A stretch of DNA of 57,096 nucleotides, counting the filler, from Circinaria calcarea (lineage: Eukaryota), in NCBI GenBank assembly GCA_051942165.1. It is 6 parts of 6 records of this genome, joined end to end, with 100 filler letters (N's around TTAATTAATTAA, not from the genome) between each part and the next. Parts side by side here need not be neighbours in the genome. Positions count along the whole stretch, not along the records: positions 9,546 to 18,987 come from JAVECS010000934.1; positions 19,088 to 28,526 come from JAVECS010000935.1; 4 more parts are not named here. One strand, given 5' to 3'. The notes under the pieces are model-generated. The model saw only the letters and a list, made by a program, of their open reading frames with translations, did not search any database and had not been told where the DNA came from. Each line of letters opens with the position of its first letter. The first letter of the stretch is position 1. Both the position numbers and the translations under genes were made by a program. Shown piece by piece: positions 14,073-26,892 of this stretch.

Positions 14073-17000
14073 ATGCGAACAAGGTCTTCGGATTCGACCG
14101 AACACGACGATTCCGACGAACCCATCCAACCTGAGCCTCGCCTCTCGGAAGACGATGGGCGGAAGAGAAGCTTCACGTCAGCAAAATTCGATCGGACCCG
14201 GCAATCAGACACGTTGGACAGGAGGAAAGCTGAAAGGACCAGACCGTCCATACAATTAGCGCGTCATGCTTCAATCCAGCAAGCAAATACCTGTGGGGCC
14301 TTGGAAAAGCCGAAGCAACCGGTGAATCCAGTTACAGTCCACCCTTCGACAGATAAGATGGTCGATCCGTCAGACCACCGACGCGCTCGTGTGCGCAATC
14401 CTTGGAGATGTTCGCTGTTGACCTTGGTGGCGACTGCCCTTGCTCTCCTTCTTTTTCTCTCAATCGTTCACTCTATGACTACGCGGCAATTGGACCCCAA
14501 AGGGTGCAAGAACTGTCGGATGCGACCAGCCTACGCGAAACTATCGGGTTTCGATACCGAACACACTAGGTTTGCGAGTAAATACTCCCTATACCTGTAC
14601 AGAGAAGGGGGCATTGACGAGGACATCATGGTGAGTTGGACGGGCCAAAATCGCGCATATCAGGCTGACTATAGACAGGTTAAGGGGGTGCCTGTCTTGT
14701 TCATACCAGGCAACGCTGGAAGTTACAAGCAAGTCAGGCCGTTGGCTGCCGAAGCCGCACAATATTTTCATGATAGTATTCAACAAGACACGAATGCAAT
14801 TCAGTCGGGTACAAGGAACCTGGATTTCTTCACCGCCGATTTCAACGAGGACATTACAGCCTTTCATGGACAGACGCTGCTGGATCAGGCCGAATACCTG
14901 AACGAGGCGGTAGCATACATACTCTCATTGTATCATGACTCGAGGCGCTCACGACGAGACCCAGGTCTCCCCGATCCATGTTCGGTTATTCTCATTGGAC
15001 ACTCCATGGGAGGTATCGTTGCTCGCACCATGCTCGTCATGCCGAACTATCAATCTAACTCGGTAAACACCATCATCACGATGTCAGCCCCGCATGCGAG
15101 ACCGCCGGTGTCGTTTGATGCAGACATTGTCAGCACGTATAAACAGATCAACGACTACTGGCGCGAAGCGTATTCACAGAAATGGGCCAATCATAACCCG
15201 TTATGGCACGTTACTCTGATATCAATCGCTGGTGGAGGGTTGGATACCATTGTTCCGTCAGATTATGCCAGCCTCTCTTCCTTGGTTCCTGATACCCATG
15301 GCTTCACTGTCTTCACGTCGTCCATACCCAATGTTTGGACTGGTGCCGACCATCTTTCGATTCTGTGGTGCGACCAACTTAGGAAAGTGATTGTTAGATC
15401 ACTAGTAGAGATCGTTGATGTTCATCGGTCAGGCCAAACCAAGCCTCGAGCAGACCGAATGCGGATATTCAGGCGATGGTATTTACCAGGTCTGGAGGTG
15501 GGAGCCCAGAAATCCTTACTAGGCAAAGAGCCAACCACACTTCTTACGTTGGAAGATAATTCGAATGCTATCATCCCTTCAGGGGAGCGTCTTACGCTCC
15601 GAGGATTTGGGGAAAGTGGAAAATCTAAAGCCTACCTCTTGCCCATACCCCCACACGTCGCTTCTCGAGATAAACTGTTTACTTTTCTCTCTGACCAGCA
15701 TATCGACGTATCTGGGGCCGGGGGGAAATTGGATGTGCTTTTTTGCAGTGTATTCCCGTTACAAGCTGGTCAGTCCGCCGCTGTTTTTGCCATGAATATG
15801 GACCTTTCCGGAGCTAGCTCAGGCTCAACGAGACTGGCGTGCAAAAACGCCGCTTCCGATGTTATCTTCTTACCTGCATCGACTAGGACTTCAAAGCATT
15901 CATTCGATGAGACGCAACCCTTTACATATCTGCAGTACAATGTGGCAGACCTTGCAGAGCATCAGTTTGTTGCTATTGTGGATAAGTGTCGACGACAAGA
16001 AGGAGGCTGGGCAATTGCAGAGTTTAGTGATAAAGCCGAGTCACGAACCCAGATAAGGGTTGGCTTAATCCGTCTACTCACCTTTGGCCTGCGTCTCGTT
16101 CTCCCCGCTGCGCGGCCAACCGTCAAGGAAATTAACGTGCCGGCCTTACACTCGAGTCTCTTCGCCTACAAGTTACGAGTTGGGGCACAAGCATGTGGTG
16201 ACGACGGAGAGTTGTTCACGCCACTACTGCGGCAATACCTTTCTGAGCCGTATGAATCGAAGTATTTTGTCAACGTCAAAGAAGCTGACATCAATCTTCA
16301 TGGGATTGCTCCCTTTATGCCACCGCCATTGCAAGGGCAGCAAACCTATGAGGGTGTGTCCCTACAGTTTTGGTCCGATCCTACTTGCAATACATCTATC
16401 GATATTTCTCTGAAGGCCGACATTCCCGGAAGCATTGGCAAGCTATTCGTACGGTATAGGATTGTCTTTGTGGCTTTCCCGATCCTTATCATGGCATTGG
16501 TACTTCGAAAGCAATTTGCCATACACGATGATAGCGGTATGTTCACTATCCTTTTAGCCCGACAATACACTAACATCAACTGCAGGTGTCTTCATCACTT
16601 TTGCCGAATCTCTGAACCTGTGTCTATGCTCGTCATTACCGCTTCTCTTCTTGGCAATGTCCTTCCTCGCCATGATACTAGCGAACTCTAGTACTGCTAA
16701 GCCAAGGTCGCCTTCTCGAGGCCTTCTCTTTTGGCGCGGAAACGAGACCGAGTCCTTGTTCGACTACACGAAAAACGATCTTCTCCTCGGCTCATCGGAT
16801 CCCTTTTTCTGGTTCCTCGTTCCCCTCTTTGGCCTTCTCAGCACTGGCGTCTGCGTGATTGTGAATTTTGCTGCGCTTGCGGTAATAGATGTACTGTGTT
16901 TTACGTATACACTTGCGAACACTAGGCCGGCATGGCTTCGAAACGATGACCGAAGGTAACTAACTTCATTTCTAAAGCGGGATACAGTCCGTTGCTAACA

Positions 17001-17749
17001 TGCCCTAGGCGACATATGGCTCCAGCATTCGCCGCCGTCTCCCCTAGACGGCGCCTCATTACCACCAGCGTGCTCCTCCTTATGGTCTCAACCGTTATCC
17101 CTTATCAATTCGCGTATGTGGTAGCTTGTGTTGTACAGATAGCGACCTGCGCGCGGGCGTTGCGGTTTGCTAAGGAGACTGTAAGCCACGATAGACATAC
17201 GTGCAACACATGACTGGTGCTGACTGTCCCAGCAATCGGGTGCCCACTACAACTTCTACAACTATGCACACTCTATCCTCGTCCTGATGCTTTGGATTTT
17301 GCCGATAAACATACCTATACTCATAGTTTGGGTACACAATCTGGCCGTCCACTGGCTAACACCGTTCACGTCACACCATAATGTCTTGTCAATAATGCCA
17401 TTCATCCTCCTCGTTGAAACTCTGACGGGCGGGAAGATGATTCCCAGAGTCACTACAAAGTATGTCTTTTTCACTATTGGTTCACCGCATCTACCTTCCT
17501 CTTTGCACAATCGAGGCTAAGACCTCCTCATCCAGGTTTCGCTACATAACCAACATCCTGTTGTTCTCCCTCGCGGTTCTGACTGCCCTCTATGGTGCAA
17601 CCTACGCCTACCTCCTGCACCACCTTGCAAACGGTGTCTGCGCCTGGCTAGTCACCATCCATTTTTCCGGCAGTGGCTTCTCCTTATCCGCCCTCATCCA
17701 GATCCTTGAAGGAGGGGACCTCGAAAGTCACGTCAAGAAGAGGCCGTGA
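14073..17749 (+). CDS. BST1: GPI inositol-deacylase (PGAP1 family); multi-exon
   Basis: PVLFIPGNAGSYKQVR, lipase motif GHSMGG, DHLSILWCDQ, and multiple C-terminal TM segments (WILPINIPILIVWVHNL) spread over the downstream ORF pieces. Confidence 0.93.
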
Positions 17750-18987
17750 TACCTACCGCAGCTAGACTGGGTAGGATTGCGGTCAAAATTAAACAGGATC
17801 GAACAGGGCCAATGGCCAGCCTCGGAATGGTCCAGGGTTTAATGTACATATGGGTCTCCTCGGGGCGTCACAGATGATGAATTGCGTAGCATTCGTCCTT
17901 GATTGTAGATACGCCGTCATGCTGGGTATAAAGCGGGTGTATAGAGACGGGGTACCCTGCTGTACTCTAGAGATATTAATATATAATGGATAGATTCTTC
18001 GCTTCTCCGTCCTCAGGTGGGAGACTTGATATGATAGATTAGCGGTCTCTGCCAGGGTGTATGCGATGGGGGATTTGCATGTTTATGGTTTGCTTGATTG
18101 CTCTTCCGAGTTGATGAAGCTCGTAAGCGTTTACAGCACAGCAGACCCGTGTGGTATTGTAAACTACCCATCTCATCGCTACCGAGTGTTACATGGTTCA
18201 GTGGCTCGGCCCGTAATTTAACTTGCTCCTTCTTCACGTCACCCAGGTGCAAGGGAGCAAGGAAGCAAGCCAATATCATCAGGTTGCCGGTAATGTATTC
18301 ATCTTTTATCGTATTTGGAATCTTTGTGAGATCTAAATCTTGGCCGTGGCAAGATCGCAATACTACCTTACTCTACAGGTTTGGGACACTGTAACCAATC
18401 AACGACAAACCTTGCCAGGAACCCTTCACCTGTATGCAGCACGACTCCCTCCCATAAAACACAGCGTTTCTGCACGGGGTGTTACTTCCACGAAAATGTC
18501 TTCATGCAGTACAGGGGGAATTACTATTCTAGGACGCCCATTCCACCGAAGAGTGTCCTTGTTTTTTCCGCTCCTCGAGTTTCAATACTTACTTCTCGAC
18601 GCGGTCTCTCGTTTTCAGCTGTCGATACCGCTGGCCCGGGGTTACCACGCTGTGTCTGCCCGAGCTCCCTATCTTAGACAGGTCAATATTTCTGCATACA
18701 TGTTACTTGAGTCTAGTTAAGGAAATTGTTCGGGTTTTTTTCAGCACCATACTGCAACACGTATATAATACTTTCAATATCAAATACGGTGGTTCATAAT
18801 CATGAGCGGCGCTATTCCGTTGTCTCAGCTCACTCGTCGAACTGATACAAGTTCGGATACCAACTATAACGATTTTGCTAGAGGTATTCAGGGCTTTCTA
18901 GCCAGAGAACTTGGATATATCGAATATCCGCTGCCGGAGCACGTTTCGGGGGTAGAAGGGTCCTTTTGTGCTAGGATAGGTTATTTA

Positions 18988-19087
18988 NNNNNNNNNNNNN
19001 NNNNNNNNNNNNNNNNNNNNNNNNNNNNNNNTTAATTAATTAANNNNNNNNNNNNNNNNNNNNNNNNNNNNNNNNNNNNNNNNNNNN
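18988..19087. other. Artificial contig linker
   Basis: N-TTAATTAATTAA-N spacer. Confidence 0.97.
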
Positions 19088-20915
19088 CCGAAACCCTTCC
19101 TCGAGTTTCTCCAACTCCTGTACCACGTCCTGGTAGAAGACAGCTTGAAGTTTCGGATTGCCAAGATCATCACCGCAACCAAAATCACAGTAGAGACATT
19201 TTTTGACAATTTCGCCGTATGTGCTACCCATCTCTCTGCTTATAGAACTGACGGCACGCGTTGCCCCGAAGAACTCGGTAAGACAGTTCTCACTGTCTTG
19301 GATGTCTCTTGGTTGCTGTAATTCCCGCAAGGTCTGCGCATACCCTAGTTCTAGAAGCACCACGCCAAGGCCGAAGAGGATCGTATTACGAACGCAACTT
19401 GGTGGTGGGAAGATGGCGGTACGACATAGAGATCCATCGGGTCCTTTAACGCGAACATTCAAATGAGGCGCTGTCAAAGCAGGTGGTTGCTGCATAGGCA
19501 AGGCTTCGTCGATGCCGAAGAAATAAATCTCCTCACTGCGTAAGGACCCTTTCAGCCAAGGTGTTGCATGATATTGGAGGACAGCAGTAGCAAGTGATCG
19601 TGCAAGATGTAACCGCTCATACTGGGAAATGCGAACCGAGGGCCCCTGCTTGGATAACGAAGATATTATCTGCTCTAGCGACGTAGCATGACGATGGTTG
19701 CGTTGAGGCGTTGACGGTGGGAAGTAGATGAAATGTTTGTAGCACTCTACATCATCCAGTACCCCTAGGCATTTGTCGGTGTGCGGCAACTGCAAGACAC
19801 TTCTTAACTGATCACAAAAGTTCTTCCGCGTACATAAATTCCGCAAGTTGATTAAAGGCATGAGAGGAGTGTCAGTAACAGAAGGGACAGTAGCCTGGAA
19901 TCTCACACTCTTCTTGGTATTCCTGACGCATACCTCCGATGCCCCATCATGCTGTCTCTTGAGCGTCTCCACTAGACTAAAATTCTGCGCATCCGACCTT
20001 ACATGGTTCTCTTGGCTTTGTGTAGGATCCCCAACAATAGACTCGACGAGGAACCACACTGGATCTCCAGGGGTTACACTACCCGACAACGTCACATGTG
20101 TGAACGCCAACTTGAACCGTACTTGCCGCGTAGACGTATTCTCAGGAGCAAAGGGCTCCAGACAAAAGTGAGTGAGGTGTTCGGTATGCTTCGTGCAGGA
20201 GTTCGACAGTGCCCCGTATACATGCTTCGAAGCCTCCTGTATCAACCTGAACTTCTCAACGTTCTGGCTCAAGCCCTTGGGTGGTTTCTCAGCTTGGCGT
20301 CGGTGGCCTTCCAGTCTAGAAATCTGGGCGGAAAGGCGGATGAAGTCGTCATTCAGTGATTTGAGTTCGGCCAGTGTCTCGTTGAGGCGTGATTCCGAGA
20401 AGCTAAACTTCAGCTTCTTAGCCACACGATTGCGCCACTTCTTGTCACCGGGGATTTCTGGCTATATCTCCATAGTGTCAGTTGGAATCCGATGATTTCT
20501 TCATTGGAGGAAGGTATACTTGACCACTTTGTTCCATAGCCTCATTCAAACCCCGGCTCTCCTTCTCAATACTTTGCAGCTGCTTCGTAACCTGTTTGAT
20601 GATGATCAAGCATGCCTCCTTGGACGACGCCAGTTGTTTCAACAATTTTGCTTCAATCATCTGGGAGCTCCAATTGACATGCGTCTTATCTTCCAGCATC
20701 CGAATAGCGACATCTTGCTCGAGAATCGATGCAAGTAAGATACGGCATTGGTTGTGAAATATAGTATTCTGTACTTTGAATCTTTCTTGAAAGTTGGACA
20801 CCTTAGACGTGAACTTGTAGTATCGCATGAAAGGCTTCAAACAATCTTCATAATGCTCTGCAGCGGATATTAGCAAAGGGAGGACTGCAAGTACGAGTCC
20901 CACAGCTTCCGCCAT
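19088..20915 (-). CDS. Fungal protein with helical (HeLo-like) N-terminus and kinase-C-lobe-like C-terminal domain (resembles DUF7580-type proteins); 3' end truncated
   Basis: Starts MAEAVGLVLAVLPLLISAAEHY. C-terminal RLHLARSLATAVLQYHATPWL..LFGLGVVLLELGY..YGEIVKKCLYCDFG. One intron at ~20475-20519. Family name is from memory. Confidence 0.65.
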
Positions 20916-21209
20916 GAAGTTTTTTGGGTCTTTGTCGCCGACTTTTCTCATGTAGAGGAGAGGTGGGAAAGGAAAAGGTCCGACTGCCAGTAAATATTAA
21001 GGCAATGCCGCCGAGCAAGGCTGCGAGTCTGCACACCAACCAATCATTCACACATACTAGATGGGGCTATGCACCTAACCTACGTGAGGCGATCCACAAG
21101 TGCAGCGCTTACATCAGGCATCCTTCGAGGACTCATGATGATACCAATGCATTTACTGTCGCCGGAGATTATCTATGCAACACGTGAAACGCAGCAGCGC
21201 CACTAGTGA

Positions 21210-24076
21210 ATGATGACCACCGCATCTAGTACTTTGGTCTCTACTCAGGAATGGTTAGATGGAAATAATTTTGAATATCTGCATCATGAAGATCAAGTAG
21301 ATCTGGGCTTTGCCCAAGAGCTATACGATGCATGTATCGGATTTTTCACCACCGCTTTGCAATGCATTTCCAACTCGGGCAACGTCATGGCTGGGGAATA
21401 TCAGTTTAGCACCTTAAAAGAACAGTTGGGTAGGTTATACCTGTGGGGCCGCGGATTTGAAGATGGCAAACTCGCCTATGTACTTGCTCAGTCGGACAAG
21501 CTACGAGACAATGTTCTCGGACTACTCTTGGGTACTAGTCAACTGCTCATCGACAGTAAGTAACCCGGTAATCCTCATTGAAATTGAGTAAAGAAATGAG
21601 GATGGACGTAAGTGACTCCTCATAGATCTAGCTTCTTCACCTTGTATCCAAGCATCTAGAGGCTTGGCTACTCAAGTCGCTGGGCTACGCAAGCTCGTCG
21701 ATCAATCCAGAATCATCGCCTTTAATCCTGTTGATAAGGACTTTGACGATGCTGCATGTTTGGCCATTGATGAGGATGACGACCCAGAAAGATCAAGTTC
21801 TACCTCAGTAAGACGATACATGGAACCCACTAGTAAGACCTAGCTGACGGCTAAAGCGAACACAAACGGTTGCCTATCAGGAGCGCTCTGCATCATCATC
21901 CTCTTCAAAGCACGATCTAGCAGTGTATAGTAGAGACTCTGATTCCGACGGGGAAAGCTGTGATGGGTCTTGCTCTGATTTCTATTCAACGCTTCAGTCT
22001 CGAATAGACTGTCTGATGGATCTACTGCCAACAATGGAGCAAAGCCTTGCTCACTCCCAGGCAATAAGGACGGTACCTGCTACCGGAATCCCATTTACTG
22101 TGTCCGAGGCTGCTCGTCCCTTTGTGCTTAATGTGCTTGACAAGTTTCCTTTAGCTGATAGCAAACTTATTGAGCGGCTGGGTGAGTCTAACTGGCAAAG
22201 ATATATGACAATTAGGGCCACGATGGACCAAATCAACAAGCACACAATATTCGGGAAGGAACCACCGCGATCTGTCTTCACACCATATTCGGTTTTCCAT
22301 GATTCCGGCATGGGTACAAGCATGGCATCGGCCTCACATTATGCGGCATCAGTGGCCTCTCATACCTCATTCATCTCAAGTCAAGCGGAGGAAGGCAACT
22401 CAACAATGCGTGTGCCACCAACGCCCCCAGAAGTAGCCCTAAACGAGCCGTTTGAGTGCTTCATATGTGGTCACGAGCTTTTCAAAATCCGGAATCGTGT
22501 TGATTGGAAGTGGGTCAATATGCAAACGCGTCATGGAATTGTGCTAAATTATCAATACAGATTACATGTTTTTGCCGACCTGCAACCTTATATCTGTACT
22601 TTTGAGTCATGCAAGAGTGAAATGGTGAAGTTTCCAACACGAAAGTTGTGGTCCGAACACGAGTTCTCTGAACATCGACATAGTAGCATATTGCACTACC
22701 CATTTTACCCAACCATTTTTGACAGCTCTCAGGGTTTTGAGGATCATCTTTCGATTGGCCATGCATACAGTGCGACTTCTATGCCGTTTCATCCCATACT
22801 CAATACAGCTGAGATTAAGAAGGTTGAGCCCGTCGAAGAGCAGTCATGTCCTCTATGCAAGGTTATACTAGGGAAATCACGGCGAGACTTTGCTAAGCAT
22901 GTGGGCCGGCACATGGAGACCATTGCATTGGCTGCTCTCCCTAGAGCCTTTGAAAATGACTCGGATGAGAGCTCCCTTGACTCTGTCGCAGACAATTACA
23001 CGTCCGTCCGTCTAAAGAACGGTTTGCCAGAACAGGGAGATTCCGGATGTCAAGATAGTGACTTGCCGCCAAAACATTGTCCTGACACATTAAAGTCTTC
23101 TCTGGCTTGCCTCACTGAAACATCCCCCGTAGAAAAAAGTAAGGAAAGAGGACGCTGTCCAAACCCGGCTTGTAACAAATTCTTTAAAGATCTCCCGGCG
23201 CATATGCTTACACACCAGGAACGCCCCTTCAAGTGTCCAATAGTCACTTGCGATTATCACCACAAAGGCTTCGTACGTAAGTATGACCAGAGTCGCCATA
23301 CTTTAACACACTTTAAGGGCACTATGGTCTGTGGATTTTGTCCCGGCGTGGGTCCGGCGGCTGAGAAGAGCTTTAATCGTGCTGATGTATTCAAGCGCCA
23401 CCTTACTTCTTTTCATGATGTTGAACGGATACTGTTGCTTGGGAAGAATGTGAAGAGCATTTCAAAGAACCCTACTGGAGCCTCAGGTAAATGCTCTATT
23501 TGTTCGGCAGCTTTTGATGGTCCCCAAGAATTCTTCGAGCATCTTGATGAATGCGTTCTTCGGTTTATACAACAAGATGATACTCTGCACATGAAAGGCC
23601 AGCATTTAACGCCTCAGGGGCACGTCGTGATGCAACAAGGTATGCAAGAGGTCAGTAATAGTCTACAATCTTGGAACGAGGAAGAAGGGAACGAGTACGC
23701 AAGCACACTTGGAATAAACAATCCAGTACCAAGCCGACCGTCAGAACAACATCAGCAGGAGAAGCAAAAGATTCCAATACAGACAACGAGCTACTGGTCT
23801 GTTCCTGAACAGAAAGACTTTATGAATCTGATCGCACATTATGGAAAGGATTGGCAAGCAATTGCCGACATCCTGAAAAGCAAGACTCCTGTGATGGTTA
23901 GTGTGGCTGACCATATACTTTTCTGTTTGCTGACGCAGTCTGACGGGCGTGCCAAACAGGTTGAGAACTACTTCCACAGGACACTCGAAAACGGAGATAT
24001 TGATTTAGAGAGAATAGCGATGGCACGGGAGGATAAGGCCCAGCAGGGTGTCCCAATGGGTGATCTGTCAAAATAG
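21210..24076 (+). CDS. Multi-domain C2H2 zinc-finger/SANT protein with helical fungal N-terminal domain; ~5 exons
   Basis: N-terminal LKEQLGRLYLWGRGF; central HVFADLQPYICTFESC module; C2H2 array at 23156-23554; SANT SYWSVPEQKDF..HYGKDWQAIA. GT..AG introns at ~21557-21625, ~21808-21880, ~22510-22560 and ~23897-23959 give a continuous frame. Confidence 0.75.
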
Positions 24077-25009
24077 TATATGCATACAATACCAAAAGAC
24101 AGAGCAACATTCCAGATTGCAACACAACAAGACCTGGGTCCAACAAAGTCTGTAATAGTCACTAGCTCGGAGATTGGAGATGTCAGCAGAGTTCTGGAGC
24201 TTTTTCAGGAAACAGGCCAACTCGGTGTTTGGAGAAAAGACTCGAGTATCGGACGGACAATATGAGACTTTCCACTAACGAGGACGGCAGGGCTCCCTGG
24301 AGAGACCAACCAGAGCAAGTGTAAGCGATGGAAATGAGAAGGTCATGTCTCCATCCGTTCGATGAGTTCCGACACGGATGCTCTTGTTCGAACCAGACCG
24401 TGCGACGCTTACGAATCTTTCAAGCATGCTATTTCTCTGTTTTAGTCCAACTTTGCAAGTATCAGATAGGTTAACTTTGGTTACAAGCGTGTAATCTTAA
24501 GCCCTTTCCGGTCCACTAATAGGCCTATATGGATACCATGTACAAAATCCTCTCCGTGCTCTGGGACCCCTCATGCCCCTAACTTCGAACTAGTTGTTGT
24601 GCCAGCGCGATATATCTTGACAGAAGCGAAGGAGGAAGCCGAGCAAGGGATTGCAAGCCGAGGAAAGCAGAGGAGAAGAAGGGTGGTAGTACTGCTTACC
24701 ACCATCTATCTCTTCACAATCCGTGTCCCAGCAGCCTAGGATAATATCTCTCCTTCTGTCTGGTCCTCGCACACCTTCTCCGTTCATCTTCCAGCCAGGG
24801 CTGCCAGTAGTCCAGATACGAACTGACAGTTCACCGCAACAGTCCAAAAAGTGTGTGGAAATTGCAGGCAAGTGAGGCGTTGACTGGGAAACATGCGCGC
24901 GTGTCAATCTCGGCTAGGTACACGCAGATCTTTATTTAACTTTGTTCTTCCAGTCAAAGCTTAATGCCTGTTCTGGCTTTACTAATAGGAAAAACAGGCA
25001 TGTGATCCC

Positions 25010-25814
25010 TTAACTCGTGCCTCGAATCGTGCCCATCCTCTCCGCCGCCTCTTGCGCAATCATTCTCGTCTCCTCATCTAGCTCCTCGTTCCTCCCTGCT
25101 TCTGTAAAGCCCTGTCGCCACCTTCCCCAAGCCTCCCGACTGCGTGGCATGCCAAGCTCCGAAATCGAGAAGTCGCTCGCGTACATTTCCTGGCCGGAAA
25201 TCAGGATCCACTGGGCGGCGGCTGGCACGAGGCCGTCCAGCGCCCGGGAATTAGCGGACAGGGTGGCTTCTTCTGTCTGGCTTTGCTGTGGTGGAGAAGT
25301 ACTCTCCAGAGCCTCACGGATCGTATAAAAGCCGAAGCGCAGGAACGATTCGTCGGGCAAGCGGTGTAGGAGGCGTGCGGCCCAGGCGTTGATGTTGATC
25401 CATTGGGTGCAATCTTCGGAGTGATAGGCAGCCGAGGTATCTGAGTCGAGATCTAGAAGCGGTGGTCAGCACCGGGTTTTAAAAAGCGAGAAGAGGACAG
25501 AGAAAAGGGGGGGAGGGGAGCTTGAGCATACGGTTCCAGGCCTCGCGCAGCTCGATATATAAGCCAGCCATGCTATTAGCGCTGGACTGCTTCATGGCTG
25601 CGACGATATCCACGAGCTGGTTGTGCGCGGCCGGGAGCTCGGAGGCGGCGCGTACGAGCATGTAGCCTGGATCTGGGTCTGCGGCTAGGATCCGTTCCGC
25701 TGTGATTTGAGCGGTGAGGGGAGGGGTGCCGTTGAGGTAATGCTGGAGGATTGCGAGCGCGGAGTCGTTTATGCCGGAATCTTGCATGGCTTCTGAGAAG
25801 AAGCTTTCGGACAT
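25010..25814 (-). CDS. DUF3632-family protein; one intron (~25455-25530)
   Basis: WININAWAARL, FYTIREALE, LVPAAAQWILISG and RxxWxRWRQGF motifs typical of this fungal family. Confidence 0.75.
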
Positions 25815-26661
25815 GGTGTAAGCTTTATTGCGGGAAGATGAGTTGGGTGCTGATTTCGGGTGGGTGAGGTTGGATTTAGTAACTAGTAGGTAAGATGGAA
25901 TGGTATGGTTAGTGTTTCTTGCTTTGGATGTGATAAAGGAGAGAATGCGAGGAGAGTGGGGGTTATTTCATTCTTATCAGGGAGCATGCAATGAAGGGCT
26001 AGTGAAGGTTCTGCGAGTTGGCTACGCGGAGATTTGTGCTTAGGGCAGTTGGAGTTGCGGTTAGACGATTTGTGATGCAAAAAGGCTGGCCTGTGAAGGA
26101 ACGTAGACGGAGAGTCGTCGGATTTCGTCTGCACGGGTTTGCGTGAAGCCTTGCGTTAGAAAGGCTCAGCTGGAGATCGAGTTTCAAGTGTGATGAGGTG
26201 AAGAAGTTAGGGTTGGTTTTCTGGGCGCTGGCCTAGTAACTACGATTGGCTGGCTGGCAGCTGTGCTGTTTCGAGTATTTCTTACCGTGGTACTATAAAC
26301 GGGTTACTCTAATAACCGTGGCTTTAAGCGGAACGAACCATGCACCACACACCCAGTATCACCAACCTGTATCTTAAAGCCCAGGAATGCAACAGTTCGT
26401 TCCACTTCAAGCAACGGTTTAAGGGATCACAAATTTTGTTCGAAGCGCCCCCGAGTGCGGAGTCCGCACTGCCAACAACAAAATGCAATATGGGACCTTG
26501 CAATGCACTAACTGCATCATTTAGCGGCGCTGGCGGCGGCGAGTCTGCAGCGTTTTGAAATCTTCGAAACCTCCCGGTTTTCCTAACGTATATTTTCTGC
26601 AAACCAACAATCAAAGGAATTCGTTCTCTGCTTAATATTAACACATTAACCCTAATTTTGT

Positions 26662-26892
26662 ATGCCTAAGGATTTCCACAACCACGAAGCACTGAGCTTT
26701 CCCAATTGCGCCAGGAAGCCCTTAAACGAGTTTCTTATCCTAAGCAATAGTGGCGTATTTCCCGGAGATGTTAGAGTCGGTTGGGGTGAACCCGCTCGCG
26801 TTATTTTTATAATTAATAATGGATCGGTGACTTTCTGTGGATTGATCTACCACGACGGGGCGAAAAAAGGTGGAGTTGCTATTTGCAAATAG
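26662..26892 (+). pseudogene. RNase T1/N1-like secreted ribonuclease relic (C-terminal core only)
   Basis: PKDFHNHEALSF..NEFLIL..PARVIF..FCGLIYHDGA..C aligns by eye to RNase T1 YPHKYNNYEGFDF..EWPIL..ADRVVF..GVITHTGA..C. The upstream frame has stops and no intact signal peptide was seen. Confidence 0.55.
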
